Shown here: one piece after another, positions 61,982-64,000 of the stretch | Layout: each line of letters starts with the position of its first letter | How positions within the stretch are numbered: position 1 is the first letter of the stretch | Source: Takakia lepidozioides | Lineage: Eukaryota; Plantae; Bryophyta | Length of the DNA: 64,000 nt | Assembly (NCBI GenBank): GCA_030704615.1 | Contig: CM060731.1 | Location: 73,098,001-73,162,000 of the forward strand | Reading direction: 5' to 3' | Made by a program: the position numbers and the translations under genes | The notes under the pieces: model-generated | Told to the model about the DNA's origin: nothing | Database searches by the model: none | What the model saw: only the letters and a program-made list of their open reading frames with translations

Positions 61982-64000
61982 ATTTTTCGAATATCCCATG
62001 GTGCTGGCAGTGTGATCCTTCTGATTGCTCCAGGAGCTGTGTATGATCAGGGAGTTCTTCCGGGAGGAAGCTCAAGAGAGTTGGATGAGGGAGGCTGACT
62101 TCTTTGGACCGTGATGTAGTGATATTTATGAGATAAGAGTCCAGCCCATACATGTGGCGGCTGGATTTGTACATGAGGAGCTGTCCATCTCCTTTCAATT
62201 GGGTTGTATTGAATTTCTAGAACGTTTGTTTGAGAGAGTTTGCTTGTTTGTGCCTGTACATTCTTGTCCATCTTTGCAGAAAGATAAGGTTGAGGAGCCC
62301 TGAATGCAGGGTAGGGTGACTTTTGGAAATGTAGAAGTTATATTACACCGGCCGCAAGAGTGCTACAGCTTTTTGGAGATGTTTTGGCTCTACCAGTGGT
62401 CAGGGATACACTGGATTGCCTGATTTATGAAATGTAGAAGCTCTGGAGATGTGCTTGTGCACACAATCATGGGTGCCATGGCATCCTACAGGTGCACAAA
62501 TGTTTTTTCTTACAACAGTTTCTATCTACTTTTATCACTTAACACTGAATGAGTGACAGTAAGGGTAGTGTTGAGACTCTTTCTGGTCTAACATCAACTG
62601 ACATCGTGTGTTCATACTATTCATTTTTGTGCTAAGGTCCTCCATGTACCATCTGGTGGCCAATGTCACTTCTGGCAGCAGTGTATTCCAGTACTGCTGC
62701 GACGGTTTAGGGTGGAAGGTAGGTGAAACATCAAGATACGGAGTAACATCCACAATTTTGACCAGGCATGGCAATGAATATGAAGCAACTGGCACTACAG
62801 GGAGATTTGTTCTGTGCGCAAGTCATGCAAAGACAGGTGACTTTCATTTTGCTCAGGGTGGTGATCTCTCATACTGTCAACTTGCTCTGCCATGATATTT
62901 ATCTCAAATACTAGTAGCAATCTGGAAATTATTGTCAGTCCATGAAGGAATATATCCTACAGCCATCAATCGAAGTGAATGCCTCGAACGAGTGGTCATC
63001 ACAGACGGTCATTGACAATGGTATACACTCTTTCATTTCAATTGTCCTGGATATGTGACAAGCAAACCATTTGCAAAAAAGTGTCATGTCTCTACCTGAA
63101 GATGAAATGTTTTGTCATTGATATTGTGCTATGGCCACCAGTGACAAGATGGGGGAGATGGTGTGACACATAAACATGTAGAGTACAGATAGATGACAGT
63201 GCACAAGTGAACTCTTTTTCTTTCATCTTTCCCCTATAATGTTGAGTTAACATTAAATTTAAATGTACATTCAATACCTTCAGCACTTTTCTCCCCATTT
63301 GTGATCTCGAGAGAGAAAACATTTATGTACCTCCACATATAAGACATTTTATACAGAGAAATCGCAACTTAAAACAATGAGACTAAGTTGAAGCATTTTT
63401 AGTCTCTTAATTCTTAGATGTATATTGATATCCTGGAACCAAAGTGAATGTGGAAAGACCTTGACATGAAGAAATAGAAAGTGACAGCGAATCATCACCT
63501 AGAGCGATGGCCATTCCCTCCACTCCCTCTTTCCTGTACACCTTCACAATTCTTTAGAAATGACCGCGGCATCTGAAATAATAGATTTTTAATGTTTTCA
63601 TTCATAGTTGGTTCTCCAAACTACATGAGTTGGTCCGTACTGCCACCATAATCAACACCACCTAGCTGCCGCTTCATTTCCACTTTTCTTGGTCTTGGTC
63701 CCTAGTGATATAAATCCAAAACTGACTGAGAAAATGTCATTAGCCAGTGGCAATGCTCCAAACTTTGATCTTGGTATCAGTCCCTAGTGTGAAGGGGCCC
63801 TGATAAAATATACTTGCTTCCTTGGGGAAGCAACAGTTTGCACGGTAATCCCAACAAATGTAGTTCTTCCTTCAAACGTAGTCATCTGGCATAAGACTTT
63901 TTAACTTGTTCAGATCCCCTTCCGGCGAATATTTATTCTTACTATTGTATACCTCAAATGTAACATTGGGAGTAGATAGTCCCTCCACACATGCCATGAC

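Overview
Plant nuclear DNA, probably from a non-seed land plant (inferred from gene content and TE types). Host genes flank a ~44-kb nested transposon island. Left side: 3' part of an SKP2-type F-box/LRR gene, an intronless HYPK-like gene and a 10-exon ORC6. Right side: a CONSTANS-like B-box/CCT gene. The island (~13.6-57.8 kb) holds two unusual systems. (1) A Ty3/gypsy-type retrotransposon family with four copies or fragments. The full-length copy (31848-43822) encodes gag, protease, a DNMT3-like C5 cytosine methyltransferase, RT, RNase H, integrase and a PHD finger. Its ends are split, permuted direct repeats (A...B-A-B) rather than normal LTRs, yet it has a TSD. It also has a self-complementary, non-tRNA primer site, conserved RNA hairpins and a pseudoknot, and a slot carrying captured host-gene fragments. 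(2) A DNA-transposon-like block (21274-31612) with a GCM-like/SWIM gene and a convergent spliced gene fusing a ParB/Srx-like domain to a beta-class N4C/N6A DNA methyltransferase fold. Its introns and terminal tandem array carry about 17 copies of a TGCGT-NN-ACGCA palindrome. Also present are a chromovirus split by a ~6.7-kb inversion (shown by its TSD), an L1-like fragment, and a non-autonomous CACTA containing a hAT MITE. Most TE ORFs carry stops or frameshifts. All domain calls are by motif recognition only; no database search was run.
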